A DNA stretch of 64,000 bases, taken from assembly GCA_963777605.1 (NCBI GenBank), contig CAVZRV010000031.1, positions 463,770 to 527,769 on the forward strand. The letters run 5' to 3'. Source of the DNA: an uncultured Acidobacteriota bacterium (GTDB lineage Bacteria; Acidobacteriota; UBA6911; RPQK01; JAPXNP01). The position numbers and the translations under genes were made by a program. Each line of letters begins with the position of its first letter. Positions within the stretch are counted from its first letter, which is position 1. Under the pieces are notes generated by a model. It saw nothing but the letters and a program-made list of their open reading frames with translations, was not told the origin of the DNA and ran no database searches. Positions 51,479 through 61,585 of the stretch are shown piece by piece.

Positions 51479-52474
51479 ATGAGCAAGACCAACAATCCGC
51501 AAGTTGACCTGATCTATCGGCCCCGCCGAAACCGTCGTACCCAGTCGATTCGCAACATGGTAAGGGAAACCGTGCTGCAGCCATCCGACTTCATCCTTCC
51601 GATGTTTGTCATCGACGGCAAAGGAGAGAAAGTCGAGATCGCATCCATGCCCGACTGCTACCGCCTCAGCCCGGACCTGCTCGTTCAGGAAGCGAAGAGA
51701 GCCTCCGACCTGGGAATCCCCGCAGTAGCACTCTTCCCTGCCCTGCCCGAAAGTAAGAAGGACCATATGGCCACCGAATCGACCAATCCGAACGGATTGC
51801 TGCAGAACACGGTTCGGCGCCTCAAAGATGAGGTTCCCGGGTTGACCGTCATCACCGATGTCGCCATGGATCCCTATTCCAGCGACGGTCACGACGGTGT
51901 CGTCGAGGATGGCCAAATCATCAACGATGCCACGCTCGAGGTCCTGGCGGCCATGTCGGTCAGCCAGGCCGCGGCGGGAGCGGACATGGTGGCCCCGTCC
52001 GACATGATGGACGGCCGCATCGGCTACATTCGCAGCGCCCTGGACGACAACGGCCACACCGACGTCGGCATCCTCGCCTACTCGGCCAAGTACGCCTCGG
52101 CCTTTTACGGGCCCTTCCGGGATGCTCTCGATTCGGCACCCAAGTTCGGCGACAAGAAAACCTACCAGATGGACCCGGCCAACCGTCGAGAGGCGGTCCG
52201 GGAAGTCCTGCTCGACGTCCAGGAAGGCGCCGACATGGTCATGGTGAAGCCTGCCCTGCCTTACCTGGATGTGATCTCATGGGTCAGGGACAGCGTCGAT
52301 CTCCCCGTTGCCGCCTACAATGTCAGCGGCGAATACGCCATGATCAAGGCGGCGGCCCGCATGGGCTGGCTCGACGAAGAGAGGGTGATGCTGGAGATGC
52401 TGACCTCGATCAAGCGGGCCGGAGCCGACATCATCCTGACCTACTTCGCCACCGCAGCCGCGGAACATTTGTGA
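51479..52474 (+). CDS. hemB: Porphobilinogen synthase
   Basis: RPRRNR, DVAMDPYSSDGHDG, APSDMMDGR, MVKPA, AYNVSGEY. Confidence 0.95.
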   Translation: MSKTNNPQVDLIYRPRRNRRTQSIRNMVRETVLQPSDFILPMFVIDGKGEKVEIASMPDCYRLSPDLLVQEAKRASDLGIPAVALFPALPESKKDHMATESTNPNGLLQNTVRRLKDEVPGLTVITDVAMDPYSSDGHDGVVEDGQIINDATLEVLAAMSVSQAAAGADMVAPSDMMDGRIGYIRSALDDNGHTDVGILAYSAKYASAFYGPFRDALDSAPKFGDKKTYQMDPANRREAVREVLLDVQEGADMVMVKPALPYLDVISWVRDSVDLPVAAYNVSGEYAMIKAAARMGWLDEERVMLEMLTSIKRAGADIILTYFATAAAEHL

Positions 52475-52522
52475 TTTGTGATTGGGGCCCCAATCACAAA
52501 TCACAACTCACAAATCCTAAAT
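52468..52522. repeat. Heptamer-armed palindrome between convergent genes (possible bidirectional terminator)
   Basis: tttgtgatttgtgattgggg-ccccaatcacaaatcacaa. Confidence 0.7.
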
Positions 52523-52523
52523 G

Positions 52524-53126
52524 TTAGTTGATTTGGCTTTCACCTGGTGCCGGCATGTCGCGCGGGACAACGTTCCGGTTGACATACTCGTCCAGGTTGA
52601 TCACGTAAGTCTCCGGCGCATCCAGCAGGACCGGTGAGTGGGTCGCCGCGACGACCCGCATGTTCTTCTGGTCAACCAGTTCCTTGAGCATCATCAGGAT
52701 ACGTCGCTGGTTGGACTGGGAAAGGGCCATCTCGGGCTCATCCAAAAGGAGCATGGTGCCGTCGGGAAGGCTGGGAAAGGCTTCCTTGAACATGGTCAGC
52801 ATGACTTGTCCATGGCTGGCAATCTGCAGGAATTCCTTCATTTGGGGATCATCGAAAAGTTCGAGCTGATTGCGGGGATTGTGCTGCTCGGCATCGAAAA
52901 GAAAAACCCCGGGAACCTTCAGATCTCCAAGGTGGAGGCGATAGCTGTAGTGGTTGACCTCTTCTCCCTGCACGGCGTAATAGATCGAGTGAAGCAGCGT
53001 CGACTTACCGCTGCCGTTTTCGCCGGTAAGCATGATCAGGGGATGGGACAGGTCCATGACCATGGGCATGTGGAAATTCAGGTTCATGAAAACAGGATGC
53101 ATTAAAATCTTCAGGTAAGCCCTCAT
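52524..53126 (-). CDS. Stand-alone ABC-type ATPase (COG3910-like)
   Basis: GENGSGKS Walker A, SHGQ signature variant, LLDEPE Walker B, ATHSP. Confidence 0.75.
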   Translation of the reverse strand: MRAYLKILMHPVFMNLNFHMPMVMDLSHPLIMLTGENGSGKSTLLHSIYYAVQGEEVNHYSYRLHLGDLKVPGVFLFDAEQHNPRNQLELFDDPQMKEFLQIASHGQVMLTMFKEAFPSLPDGTMLLLDEPEMALSQSNQRRILMMLKELVDQKNMRVVAATHSPVLLDAPETYVINLDEYVNRNVVPRDMPAPGESQIN

Positions 53127-53299
53127 GTGCTCTCCACTGTTGAAAATCCGGCCTTTCCGACCGAAATCGAGGATTATCGAGAAAGTTTTTCATCTTAAAT
53201 CATTCCGACGCCCTGTGTCATGTCGCCAGTCCGGTTCCGGATCCGTTTAGACAACCTGCCGTTGAGCATGCTAGATTCTGCACTCCAAAGGGTTTGAAG

Positions 53300-54673
53300 A
53301 TGGCTAAAACAAACACCAGTCCGGTCAGCGGGACCCGGGATTTTCTACCCCGGGAAGTCCTGCGCCGAAAGTATGTAATCAACCTTATCGAAGAGGTCTA
53401 CCAGGCCTACGGGTTTGAACCGGTCGAGACTCCCGTGATGGAACGACTCGAGACCCTCCTGGGCAAATATGGGGAGGAAGGCGACCAACTCATCTTCCGG
53501 GTCCTCAAGAGAGGCGAGAAGCTGGACCGTGTGGTCCGGGAAGACCCTTCGGAGAATAACCTGGCCGACGCCGGCCTGCGCTACGACCTGACAGTTCCCC
53601 TGGCCCGACTTGCCGCGGAGTACGAGACGCAACTCCCCCGTATCTTCAAGCGCTACCAGATCCAGTCGGTGTTCAGGGCAGATCGCCCGGCGAAAGGGCG
53701 ATTTCGCGAGTTCGCCCAGTGCGATCTTGACGTCGTCGGCTCCGTCAGCATGGTGGTCGAAGCCGAAGTGATTTCCGCGGCTGCCGAAGTTCTGATGAAG
53801 TTGGGTTTCGCCCCGGGAAACGATTTCAGGATTAGGCTCAACCACCGCCTCATCCTGAGATCTTTGATCGCGGCGGCGGGTGTTCCTGAAAGCAGTGAAG
53901 AAACCGCCCTGGTTGCGATCGACAAGCTGGACAAGATCGGGCTGGACGGAGTCGGCCGGGAACTCGAGAGCCGGGGAATCGAACCGGAAGCCGCCCGGAC
54001 CCTTCTGGCCTGGCTCGGCGAAACGCCCAGTGACAATGCGGAGATGCTCGACTGGCTGAAAGGAAAGATCGGTCACATGGAGGCGGGCCGGCGGGCGCTC
54101 GATGACATCACGTGGGTACTCGGTTACTCGAACTCGGGCCCAGCATCCGACTGTCTGTGCCTGGATCCTTTCCTGGCCCGAGGCCTGAGCTACTACACAG
54201 GCCCGATCTTCGAAGTGGAAGTCGAAGGTTTCTCGGGTTCGGCCGGAGGGGGCGGGCGCTACGACAACCTGATCGGCATGTTCAGCGGGAAGCAGGTTCC
54301 TGCCTGCGGCTTCAGCCTGGGATTGGAACGGATCCTCCTCATCATGGAGGAGCGCGGCCTTTTCCCCGATCGGCTCCAAGGGCAGGCAGAGGTGCTCGTC
54401 ACCCAGTTCAGCGAGGAAACGGTTTCCCAGAGCCTTGCGACGGCTCGTTTGATGCGAGGCCAGGGACTCCGGGCGGACGTCTACCCCGAGACGGGCAAGT
54501 ACGGCAAGCAGTTCAAGTACGCCGACCAACGGGGAATCCGGTTTGTCCTCCTGGTAAGCCCGAACGAAATCGAGCGCGGCGTGGTAGTAGTCAAAGACCT
54601 CCAGACCGGCACGCAACGGGAGTTCTCACCAGCAGACGCCGCGAACTGGCTCAAGGCGAATCTTCGCGGCTGA
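53300..54673 (+). CDS. hisS: Histidine--tRNA ligase
   Basis: GTRDFLP, LRYDLT, GRFREF, RGLSYYTG, GGGRYD, GLERI. Confidence 0.95.
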   Translation: MAKTNTSPVSGTRDFLPREVLRRKYVINLIEEVYQAYGFEPVETPVMERLETLLGKYGEEGDQLIFRVLKRGEKLDRVVREDPSENNLADAGLRYDLTVPLARLAAEYETQLPRIFKRYQIQSVFRADRPAKGRFREFAQCDLDVVGSVSMVVEAEVISAAAEVLMKLGFAPGNDFRIRLNHRLILRSLIAAAGVPESSEETALVAIDKLDKIGLDGVGRELESRGIEPEAARTLLAWLGETPSDNAEMLDWLKGKIGHMEAGRRALDDITWVLGYSNSGPASDCLCLDPFLARGLSYYTGPIFEVEVEGFSGSAGGGGRYDNLIGMFSGKQVPACGFSLGLERILLIMEERGLFPDRLQGQAEVLVTQFSEETVSQSLATARLMRGQGLRADVYPETGKYGKQFKYADQRGIRFVLLVSPNEIERGVVVVKDLQTGTQREFSPADAANWLKANLRG

Positions 54674-54692
54674 CCGGTACATGCATGGCGGG

Positions 54693-55955
54693 CTAATCCT
54701 TCGTCAGTATCTCGTTGATCTCGGACTGGGCCACTTCGAGCCGGGACTCCTCGGGTTCCCCCTTGAGGATGTCGTAGACCGCCCGGCTGTAGATCGACGA
54801 AACCTGATTGTACCGGGCTCCAACCAGCGTTGAGGGACGGGCCACGAGGTTCCTGTAAACCGCCTCAAATCCCTCGAAGTAGGGATTGATCTTCAGGACT
54901 TCGGGATCGGCGTAGAGGCTCCCGATCGTAGGCAGGTAACTGCCCTCGATGGCCCGGATCTTCTGCTCTTCGGGGCTGGTCAGGAATTCGACCAGGGCTA
55001 CCGCCTCCGCAGGATGCCGGGAGTACCGGGAAACCATCAACTGCCACCCGCCGAGCGTTGCGGCTCGACCTTCCGGACCTGCCGGCAACGCGGACACCGA
55101 AAAACTCTTGCCGATCGGACCCGATTTCTTGGTCAGGCTGTAGACATAGGACCAGTTCCGCATGAAGGCGACGTCACCCCTCTGCCAGATGAGCCGGGTT
55201 TCTTCTTCGTCGTAGTTGACGGTGTCAGGGGAACTGATTTTCCCGATCCATGACGCCCCCATGCCGATCCCACGGACGGCGCCTTCGTTGAGGAGGTTCG
55301 CCTTTCCCTCCGCATCGACGAATTCTCCGCCACCGTTCGAATACTGCCACTCGAGGGCGTTACAGGTCAGCCCCTCATAGGGACCGCCCTGGAAAGCATA
55401 GCCCCAGAAACCGAGGTTCCCGTCCTGGCGCTCTCCGGCCATGATTTTGGTTGACATCTCCTCCAACTCCGCCCAGGTTTCGGGCGGGTTCGAGTAGCCA
55501 TACTTGGACAGGAGATCGGTCCGGTAGAACAGGCTGGGAGCATCGGCAAACCACGGCATTGCCACCAACTCGCCGGCCACCGTATTGTTGTCGACAATCG
55601 ATGAGAAGTGCCGGCTGATCACGTCGTCGGCCACCATTCCGCGCAGATTCAAAGCGTGTTTTGCCAGAATCCCCGGCCAGACGACGTCGATCTCTGCGAC
55701 ATCAACTTCGTCCGAGCTCCGGGCGAAGAGGTCCTCGTAATAACGAAGTCGTTCCGAGGCAGTACGCGGCGTCGGAGTCACCAGAACCCGGACATTGGGA
55801 TTCTGTTCCATGAAGCGCTGGGTTCCAGCGACCGTGAAGTCGAGGTCGGCGCCGACGGCTCCTCCGGAAATCGTGATTGTGACCTTCTCAGGCCGGCTCT
55901 GGCAGGCACTGAGAAGGAGGGCTGTTAATGCCAACGGGATAAAACGTCTGAGCAC
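54693..55955 (-). CDS. Sugar ABC transporter substrate-binding lipoprotein (ThuE/MalE-like)
   Basis: LSA|C lipobox; DVVWPG, YRTDLL, YEGLTC, FMRNW, LGGW; start inferred. Confidence 0.85.
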   Translation of the reverse strand: MLRRFIPLALTALLLSACQSRPEKVTITISGGAVGADLDFTVAGTQRFMEQNPNVRVLVTPTPRTASERLRYYEDLFARSSDEVDVAEIDVVWPGILAKHALNLRGMVADDVISRHFSSIVDNNTVAGELVAMPWFADAPSLFYRTDLLSKYGYSNPPETWAELEEMSTKIMAGERQDGNLGFWGYAFQGGPYEGLTCNALEWQYSNGGGEFVDAEGKANLLNEGAVRGIGMGASWIGKISSPDTVNYDEEETRLIWQRGDVAFMRNWSYVYSLTKKSGPIGKSFSVSALPAGPEGRAATLGGWQLMVSRYSRHPAEAVALVEFLTSPEEQKIRAIEGSYLPTIGSLYADPEVLKINPYFEGFEAVYRNLVARPSTLVGARYNQVSSIYSRAVYDILKGEPEESRLEVAQSEINEILTKD

Positions 55956-56066
55956 GAGACACCCCCCGAGATGGTTGTCCGTAATCACTCAATCGTTGAG
56001 CGGATATATCTTGAGGTTAACGGACTATCCCTGAGAGGGCAAGGAGGAAGATCGGTTTCGCGCTTT

Positions 56067-57131
56067 CTATTTTGCCCGGCCGGGCGCCGGCCTGATTCTG
56101 GCAGACTTGATTCTTTCGAGGGCGGAAGCCAGGTCGCTCATGTCCACCTGCTTCTTGCGGGAGCGCGCCACCCGCAGGGCGGCGTCGATAACCGCGTTCT
56201 TGATGTCTCGACCGCAGACCCCGTCCAACTCTGCCAGAGATTCCACCGACACGTCGGACGCAAGTGGGAGCTGTCGCGGGAGATGGCGAACCCAGATCTC
56301 GGTTCGAGCCTTGCGATCAGGCATCGGAAACTCGACGTGACGCATCCGGGTTTCGAAGGCGCGGTCGTAGTTTTCGACCAGGTTGGTCGAGAAGATCACC
56401 ACCCCCTTGTAGCGCTCGAGGCAGATCAGGAGTTGGCTTCGCATCGAGTTGATGGCCTGTTCGGCACCCTGGGTCACGTCGGTCAGGCGCCGGGACAGGA
56501 GCGAATCGGCCTCGTCAACAAAGAGCACCGCCCCATCCCTCTCGGCGGCAAAGAACAGCGACTCCACATTCTTGGATCCGTCGCCGACGAACTTGCTCTC
56601 GACCTGGGCATAGCTGGCCATCAGGATCGGCTTGTTCAGGTAACTGGCGACCGAGTGGGCGGCCAGAGTTTTTCCGGTTCCGGGAGCGCCGTGGAAGTTG
56701 AGGGCGGCCCGGGGAAAGGGCTCAATGGAGCGCAGGTTCCAGTGATCGAACACGGTTTCCTCGAGCAACACCAGTTCAACCGAGGCGAGGAGACTCTCGC
56801 GAACCTCGTCGGGAACCACCAGGAAGTTGAAATCGAAGAGGGGCTGTCGGCTGGTGTACTGCCGGGCCCGCTCTTCGATCGTCATCTCATCTGCACCAGA
56901 ACTGCCGCTGGACCTCGGCACCTCCCCATGGGGCCCCACCACGTCCTGCTCCTGATGACCGTTCTCAGTGCCGATGCGCAAGTCGACCTTCTTCATCCCG
57001 GAACAACGCATAAGGTCCTTGACGGCATCGAGGATCCGGGTCCTGCACTGGTCGGAGATTTCCTTCGGAATGTATTTGGGGATCCCGTTGATCTGGAGTT
57101 CCTTTTCCACCTGGTTCGCTCCTCGCTTCAT
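56067..57131 (-). CDS. AAA+ ATPase (single AAA domain)
   Basis: GAPGTGKT, SKFVGD, FVDEAD, STN...DRAFETR second region of homology. Confidence 0.85.
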   Translation of the reverse strand: MKRGANQVEKELQINGIPKYIPKEISDQCRTRILDAVKDLMRCSGMKKVDLRIGTENGHQEQDVVGPHGEVPRSSGSSGADEMTIEERARQYTSRQPLFDFNFLVVPDEVRESLLASVELVLLEETVFDHWNLRSIEPFPRAALNFHGAPGTGKTLAAHSVASYLNKPILMASYAQVESKFVGDGSKNVESLFFAAERDGAVLFVDEADSLLSRRLTDVTQGAEQAINSMRSQLLICLERYKGVVIFSTNLVENYDRAFETRMRHVEFPMPDRKARTEIWVRHLPRQLPLASDVSVESLAELDGVCGRDIKNAVIDAALRVARSRKKQVDMSDLASALERIKSARIRPAPGRAK

Positions 57132-57251
57132 TGTAGCTGCCCGCTCACTCTCCGCGGGAAGTGTCCGAGTATACCAGTCCCACACCCCGGCTTTCCAAAG
57201 CGCCTCCCCGGTAACCTGGTCGTCCTCCTGCCTTATACTGATAGCAACGCG

Positions 57252-57848
57252 ATGGCGAAACGGAAGGGAGCTCTAGACAAGTTGCTACCACCGCGCATCG
57301 AGGTTGACGCGGATGAAGGAGCTGTTTTTCGGGAGGCCATGGAGGGGGTCAGGCGACTCGAGTCAAAGCCTACGGTCCCTCGGTCGAACGGTTCCCGGGG
57401 CGCGAACCTGGGGGGACCCAACTCGGACTCCGAAATCCGCCTCCTGCTGGATTTCCTCTCGGGTCGGGCGGATTTCGAGTGGTCATTCCACCCCGGCTAC
57501 CAGGAGGGGGGGGCGGAATCCCGCAATCGCCCACTTCTGCGCAAGCTCCGCCGCGGAGCCTACGCCATCCAGGCGGAACTCGACCTGCACGGCATGACCC
57601 AGGTCGAGGCACTCGCCGCCCTGGAAAGTTTCATTGTCAGGTGTTCAAAGCGGAACCTTCGCTGCGTTCGGGTCGTTCACGGCAAAGGAAACAACTCCAG
57701 GAACAGCGAAGGAATTCTCAAGAAACGAGTCCCGCAATGGCTGGCAACCCGGCGGTTGGGCCGTTACGTCATCGCCTTCACTTCCGCTCCGCCAACGGAC
57801 GGCGGCATCGGGGCATCCTACGTCCTGCTCCGCAAGTCAGGCGATTGA
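57252..57848 (+). CDS. Smr/MutS2 C-terminal domain protein
   Basis: LRKLRRG, ELDLHG, VVHGKG, DGGIGASYVLL. Confidence 0.9.
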   Translation: MAKRKGALDKLLPPRIEVDADEGAVFREAMEGVRRLESKPTVPRSNGSRGANLGGPNSDSEIRLLLDFLSGRADFEWSFHPGYQEGGAESRNRPLLRKLRRGAYAIQAELDLHGMTQVEALAALESFIVRCSKRNLRCVRVVHGKGNNSRNSEGILKKRVPQWLATRRLGRYVIAFTSAPPTDGGIGASYVLLRKSGD

Positions 57849-57910
57849 GCCGGCGGCAGCCAGTGTCCTGTCACTTGTAACCGGAACCTACGGTTCCGTC
57901 TTCAGAATCC

Positions 57911-58096
57911 TCAGGTCGGGGAACTCGGTCCGCAACCGCCTCCCCGGCGGGCACCACCACTCATAGCGAAGCTGGACAGAAGCCTCTCCGTTTCGGTATG
58001 CGCGCACTTTGGACAGCTCACTTCCGAGCGCTCCGAAAGCACGATCCGTTCGAATTCGTGACCACACTTCTTACATCTATATTCGTATATTGGCAT
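57911..58096 (-). CDS. FmdB-family zinc ribbon protein
   Basis: MPIYEYRCKKCG...CPKC. Confidence 0.85.
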   Translation of the reverse strand: MPIYEYRCKKCGHEFERIVLSERSEVSCPKCAHTETERLLSSFAMSGGARRGGGCGPSSPT

Positions 58097-58150
58097 ACAG
58101 CAATCCAGATGCATCCTGGCAAACAGAAGTTTCCCAATCGAGCGTTTATT

Positions 58151-59113
58151 TTAGAGCCGGTCGATGAGAAACTCCAGAAAACGCTTCACGTCGATGTCCA
58201 GGGCGACATGGACGTTCGGCTCGAGCGGTTCAGTGCCCCGAAACTCGAGATGTCCTTCCACGGGAACTCTCCGGTTGTGCGCGTTTCGGCGATTTACAAC
58301 GGTTTGCCCCCGGGTGAACTCGCCTCTCAGCTCAACATCGACCCGAAGCAACTCGGTCCTGATCAGGGAACGGTCGATCACAGCCGCCATGGCGGTCGCA
58401 TCGTAGACCGGCGCCCCTTCAAAACCCCGGCTGCAACTCTGTTCAACGAGAAATGAGACTACTTCGGCAGCAAAACTGCGCTGAGGCCCAACCCCCGTCC
58501 GGAGCGCCTCCACGTGTTCGGGCTTGAGCAGTGCTTTCCGGCCAATCTCGAGCCCGACCATGGTCAGGGGCCAGCCTGCCTCGAATACCCGGCAGGCCGC
58601 TTCAGGGTCTACAAAGATGTTGAATTCTGCGACGGCGTCAACGTTTCCACCGCACACGGCCCCTCCCATCAGGACGACCTCACGGACGAGTCGGGCGATC
58701 GAAGGGTCCGTCGCCAGAGCAATCGCGACATTGGTCAAAGGACCGAGGGCCACCAGAGTGATCTCGCCGGGATGGCGATGTATCAACTCGACGATCAGGT
58801 CGGGACCGAAACGGGGGTCTCGAGCCATTGACGGCGCCGGAAGGCTGGTCTCCGCCAGACCCGTTTCGCCATGGCTGCCCGCAGTCACCAACTCCTGAAC
58901 CAGAGGACCCTGGGCTCCCAGGGCCACAGGAATGTCGGTTCGCCCAGCCAGCGATAACAGCTTGAGAGCGTTCTCGCACGCCTGTTCCGCGACCACGTTT
59001 CCGGCAACGATGGTGATCCCATCGACTTCCAGCTCTGGAGAATTCAGCGCCAGAAGGATCGCGATGGCATCATCCGTTCCCGGATCCGTATCGATAATGA
59101 TTCGTCGCGGCAT
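58151..59113 (-). CDS. Nucleoside hydrolase
   Basis: DTDPGTDD, GPLTN, AEFNIFVDPEAA. Confidence 0.9.
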   Translation of the reverse strand: MPRRIIIDTDPGTDDAIAILLALNSPELEVDGITIVAGNVVAEQACENALKLLSLAGRTDIPVALGAQGPLVQELVTAGSHGETGLAETSLPAPSMARDPRFGPDLIVELIHRHPGEITLVALGPLTNVAIALATDPSIARLVREVVLMGGAVCGGNVDAVAEFNIFVDPEAACRVFEAGWPLTMVGLEIGRKALLKPEHVEALRTGVGPQRSFAAEVVSFLVEQSCSRGFEGAPVYDATAMAAVIDRSLIRTELLRVDVELRGEFTRGQTVVNRRNAHNRRVPVEGHLEFRGTEPLEPNVHVALDIDVKRFLEFLIDRL

Positions 59114-59121
59114 CGGCTCGC

Positions 59122-60486
59122 CTAAAAGAACTTGTGATTACTCGGCATGGGTACCGGCGGGAACGGGCAGTCACCCATGGTCAGTTTTTGGGGCGTGTAG
59201 TCACGCTTGGACTGGAGCACCTCGTCCCAGGTCAATTCCTGGCCGCTGTAACACGATTCCCTTCCCATGATCGCGGTCAAGGAACTTTCGGCGACGGCTT
59301 TGGCCTCGTTGAGCGGCTTGCCCGCACGGATGCTGTTGATCAGGTCGATGTGTTCCACCTCGTAGGGATCGCGCACTTCTCCTTCGAACTTCCAGTCGGT
59401 CGCGCCCTCGATCCGGTTGCGACAATTGCTGGTCCCCTTTGTCCCCCGCACGAAGGCACCGTTCCGGTTGGTGCAGCCTTCGATCTGGCGATTCTGGCTG
59501 AACATGCGGGCGCCGCTCGGATACTCGTATTCGACGGCGAAGTGATCGTAAATGTGCCCGTATTCCTTGGAGGGCAAGGCGAGTCGCCCCCCCATGCCGT
59601 AGGCCTTGATCGGATGCTCTCCCAGTACCCAGTTGACCAGGTCGAGGGTGTGAATGTGCTGTTCGACGATGATGTCGCCTGAAAGCCAGGTGAAATAAGG
59701 CCAGTTGCGCAACTGCCACTCCATCTCCCCCCAGCCCTCTTCACGGGGAATCATCCAGATGTTGCCGATATTGAAATAGGCCCGCGCCTCGACGATCTCT
59801 CCGATCGCCCCGTCGAGAATGCGCTTGACCGTCTCGACTTCGTCCGCCGAGTGACGACCAACCGTGCCGGCGACAACTCCCAATCCTTTCCTCCTGGCGA
59901 TTTCTCCCGACTCGATGACGGAGCGAATCCCGGGAGCATCCACGGCAGCCGGTTTTTCCATGAACACGTGCTTACCGGCTTCGACGGCGGCCCGCACTTC
60001 GCGAGGCCGAAACTGGGGCGGGCTGGCCAGGATGACATAGTTCACTTCGGGAACCTGCAGCAGCTCGTCACAGGCCTGGAATCCGACAAAACACCGATCG
60101 CTCCGGACCTCGTTTCCGACCTTCTTCAGCTGTTCCCGGCAATGTTCGAGGCGGTCCGAGAAGAGATCCGCGAGCGCAACCACTTCCACGTTGTCAACTG
60201 CTGCCTTGGCACCAGGGACGGCGTCCTCGGTGTGGTAGCCGTGACGGGGCGGAGGATAGAGCACCTCGGTCTTGGCCTGCAGGACATTCAGGGCGGCCCC
60301 CGTTCCGCGACCGCCGCATCCAACCACTCCGACACGGATCGGCTCGGGTGCGGCCAAGCCGTATCGTGTGTTCACGAAGGGAAACGGCAACGCAGCGACT
60401 GCTCCGGCCACCGTCGACTTCTGCAGGAAGCTTCGCCTCGGCATCTCGGACGAGCGAACCGATTCGGGTTTCTTATCGGACTCCAT
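59122..60486 (-). CDS. Tat-exported Gfo/Idh/MocA oxidoreductase
   Basis: RRSFL, GCGGRG, HVFMEKP, EQHIH. Confidence 0.9.
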   Translation of the reverse strand: MESDKKPESVRSSEMPRRSFLQKSTVAGAVAALPFPFVNTRYGLAAPEPIRVGVVGCGGRGTGAALNVLQAKTEVLYPPPRHGYHTEDAVPGAKAAVDNVEVVALADLFSDRLEHCREQLKKVGNEVRSDRCFVGFQACDELLQVPEVNYVILASPPQFRPREVRAAVEAGKHVFMEKPAAVDAPGIRSVIESGEIARRKGLGVVAGTVGRHSADEVETVKRILDGAIGEIVEARAYFNIGNIWMIPREEGWGEMEWQLRNWPYFTWLSGDIIVEQHIHTLDLVNWVLGEHPIKAYGMGGRLALPSKEYGHIYDHFAVEYEYPSGARMFSQNRQIEGCTNRNGAFVRGTKGTSNCRNRIEGATDWKFEGEVRDPYEVEHIDLINSIRAGKPLNEAKAVAESSLTAIMGRESCYSGQELTWDEVLQSKRDYTPQKLTMGDCPFPPVPMPSNHKFF

Positions 60487-60628
60487 GGGCTGATCTCCTT
60501 TGTAATGACTAACTCAGGTCAAATGAGAAGTTTCATGGCCGTCAAGGCGCTCAAAGCCAGCAGGAATCAGGGTTCTAGCGGGCTGACCAGAGTGGCAAGT
60601 GACGGTCAGAACAGGCTGTACGTTACCG

Positions 60629-60650
60629 AATCCGCAACAAATCCGCAACA
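60629..60650 (+). repeat. Perfect 11-bp tandem repeat, candidate integrase arm-type site at element boundary
   Basis: AATCCGCAACA x2 between the last host-like gene and the first phage-like gene. Confidence 0.45.
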
Positions 60651-60691
60651 GTCTTGAAGGTGTGCTGACGGCAACGCTGAAAGGAGTACCA

Positions 60692-61585
60692 ATGCGTAAC
60701 TACGCGGTCATCACTGCGAACTACTGGACCGGAGAAACGGGCCAGAGGATTCAGGAAAAGGGCGGGATCGAAGCGGCCTGTCTCGGGGCTTACCTGATCT
60801 CAAACCGGCATTCCAACGCCATCGGGATCTACTACCTTCCCATCCCGTTGATCTGTTACGAACTGAGGGCGCTGCCCGAGGACAAGGCCCGGCAGGCGCT
60901 TCAGGTCCTGGCCCAGGAGCAGTTCTCGGCCTACGACGAGGCGCGGAGCATGGTCTACGTGCGGAACATGGCCCGCTTTCAGTTGGGCGAGTCCTTGAGC
61001 CGCAAGGACAAGCGGGTCCGCTACGTCGTGACTGAGCTCGAGCAGGCAGTCCAGTCGGGAGCCGTCCTGTTCGCACACGACTTTTTCAACCGCTTCCAAG
61101 GGGACTACCAGATGGAACTGACTCCGGCCCTGTCCCGTGCCTTTAGCGCCATCACGCCCATCGCGGACGTGGCGACGATGGCACCGGCCATGCTCGATCG
61201 CGCACCGCGAAGGACCGCGGAAAGACGGCGGGAATCCAAAGACGCCGCAACGGAGGGACCTTTCCACGAGGTCGCCATCCCGCTAAATGACGGCTCGGAA
61301 TACCGGATTCCTGTGGCACATGTCGAGGAGTGGCGAAGGCTGTTCCCCGGCATCGACGTGGACCAGTCCCTGCGAGACATCCGAGCGTGGAACCTCGGTG
61401 AGCCGAAAAAGCGGAAGACGCTGAGCGGCGTCACCAAACACATCACCGGCTGGCTGTCCCGGGAACAAAACCGCGCTGGGGGCCGGAACGGCACCCAACC
61501 GAACCACTCACGCGGGCAACCGCAGCGGACGCAGCGAAACGTAGACGCGGCCCGGCAGTTTCTTGGCAGAGCAAGCGGAGAGTAG
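60692..61585 (+). CDS. Phage-type replication initiator-like protein
   Basis: N-terminal MRNYA..YWTGETG...YL...HSNAIGIYYLP and C-terminal IPLNDGSEY...KRKT..G..HITGWL segments resemble phage replication proteins; AAGGAG RBS. Confidence 0.65.
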   Translation: MRNYAVITANYWTGETGQRIQEKGGIEAACLGAYLISNRHSNAIGIYYLPIPLICYELRALPEDKARQALQVLAQEQFSAYDEARSMVYVRNMARFQLGESLSRKDKRVRYVVTELEQAVQSGAVLFAHDFFNRFQGDYQMELTPALSRAFSAITPIADVATMAPAMLDRAPRRTAERRRESKDAATEGPFHEVAIPLNDGSEYRIPVAHVEEWRRLFPGIDVDQSLRDIRAWNLGEPKKRKTLSGVTKHITGWLSREQNRAGGRNGTQPNHSRGQPQRTQRNVDAARQFLGRASGE

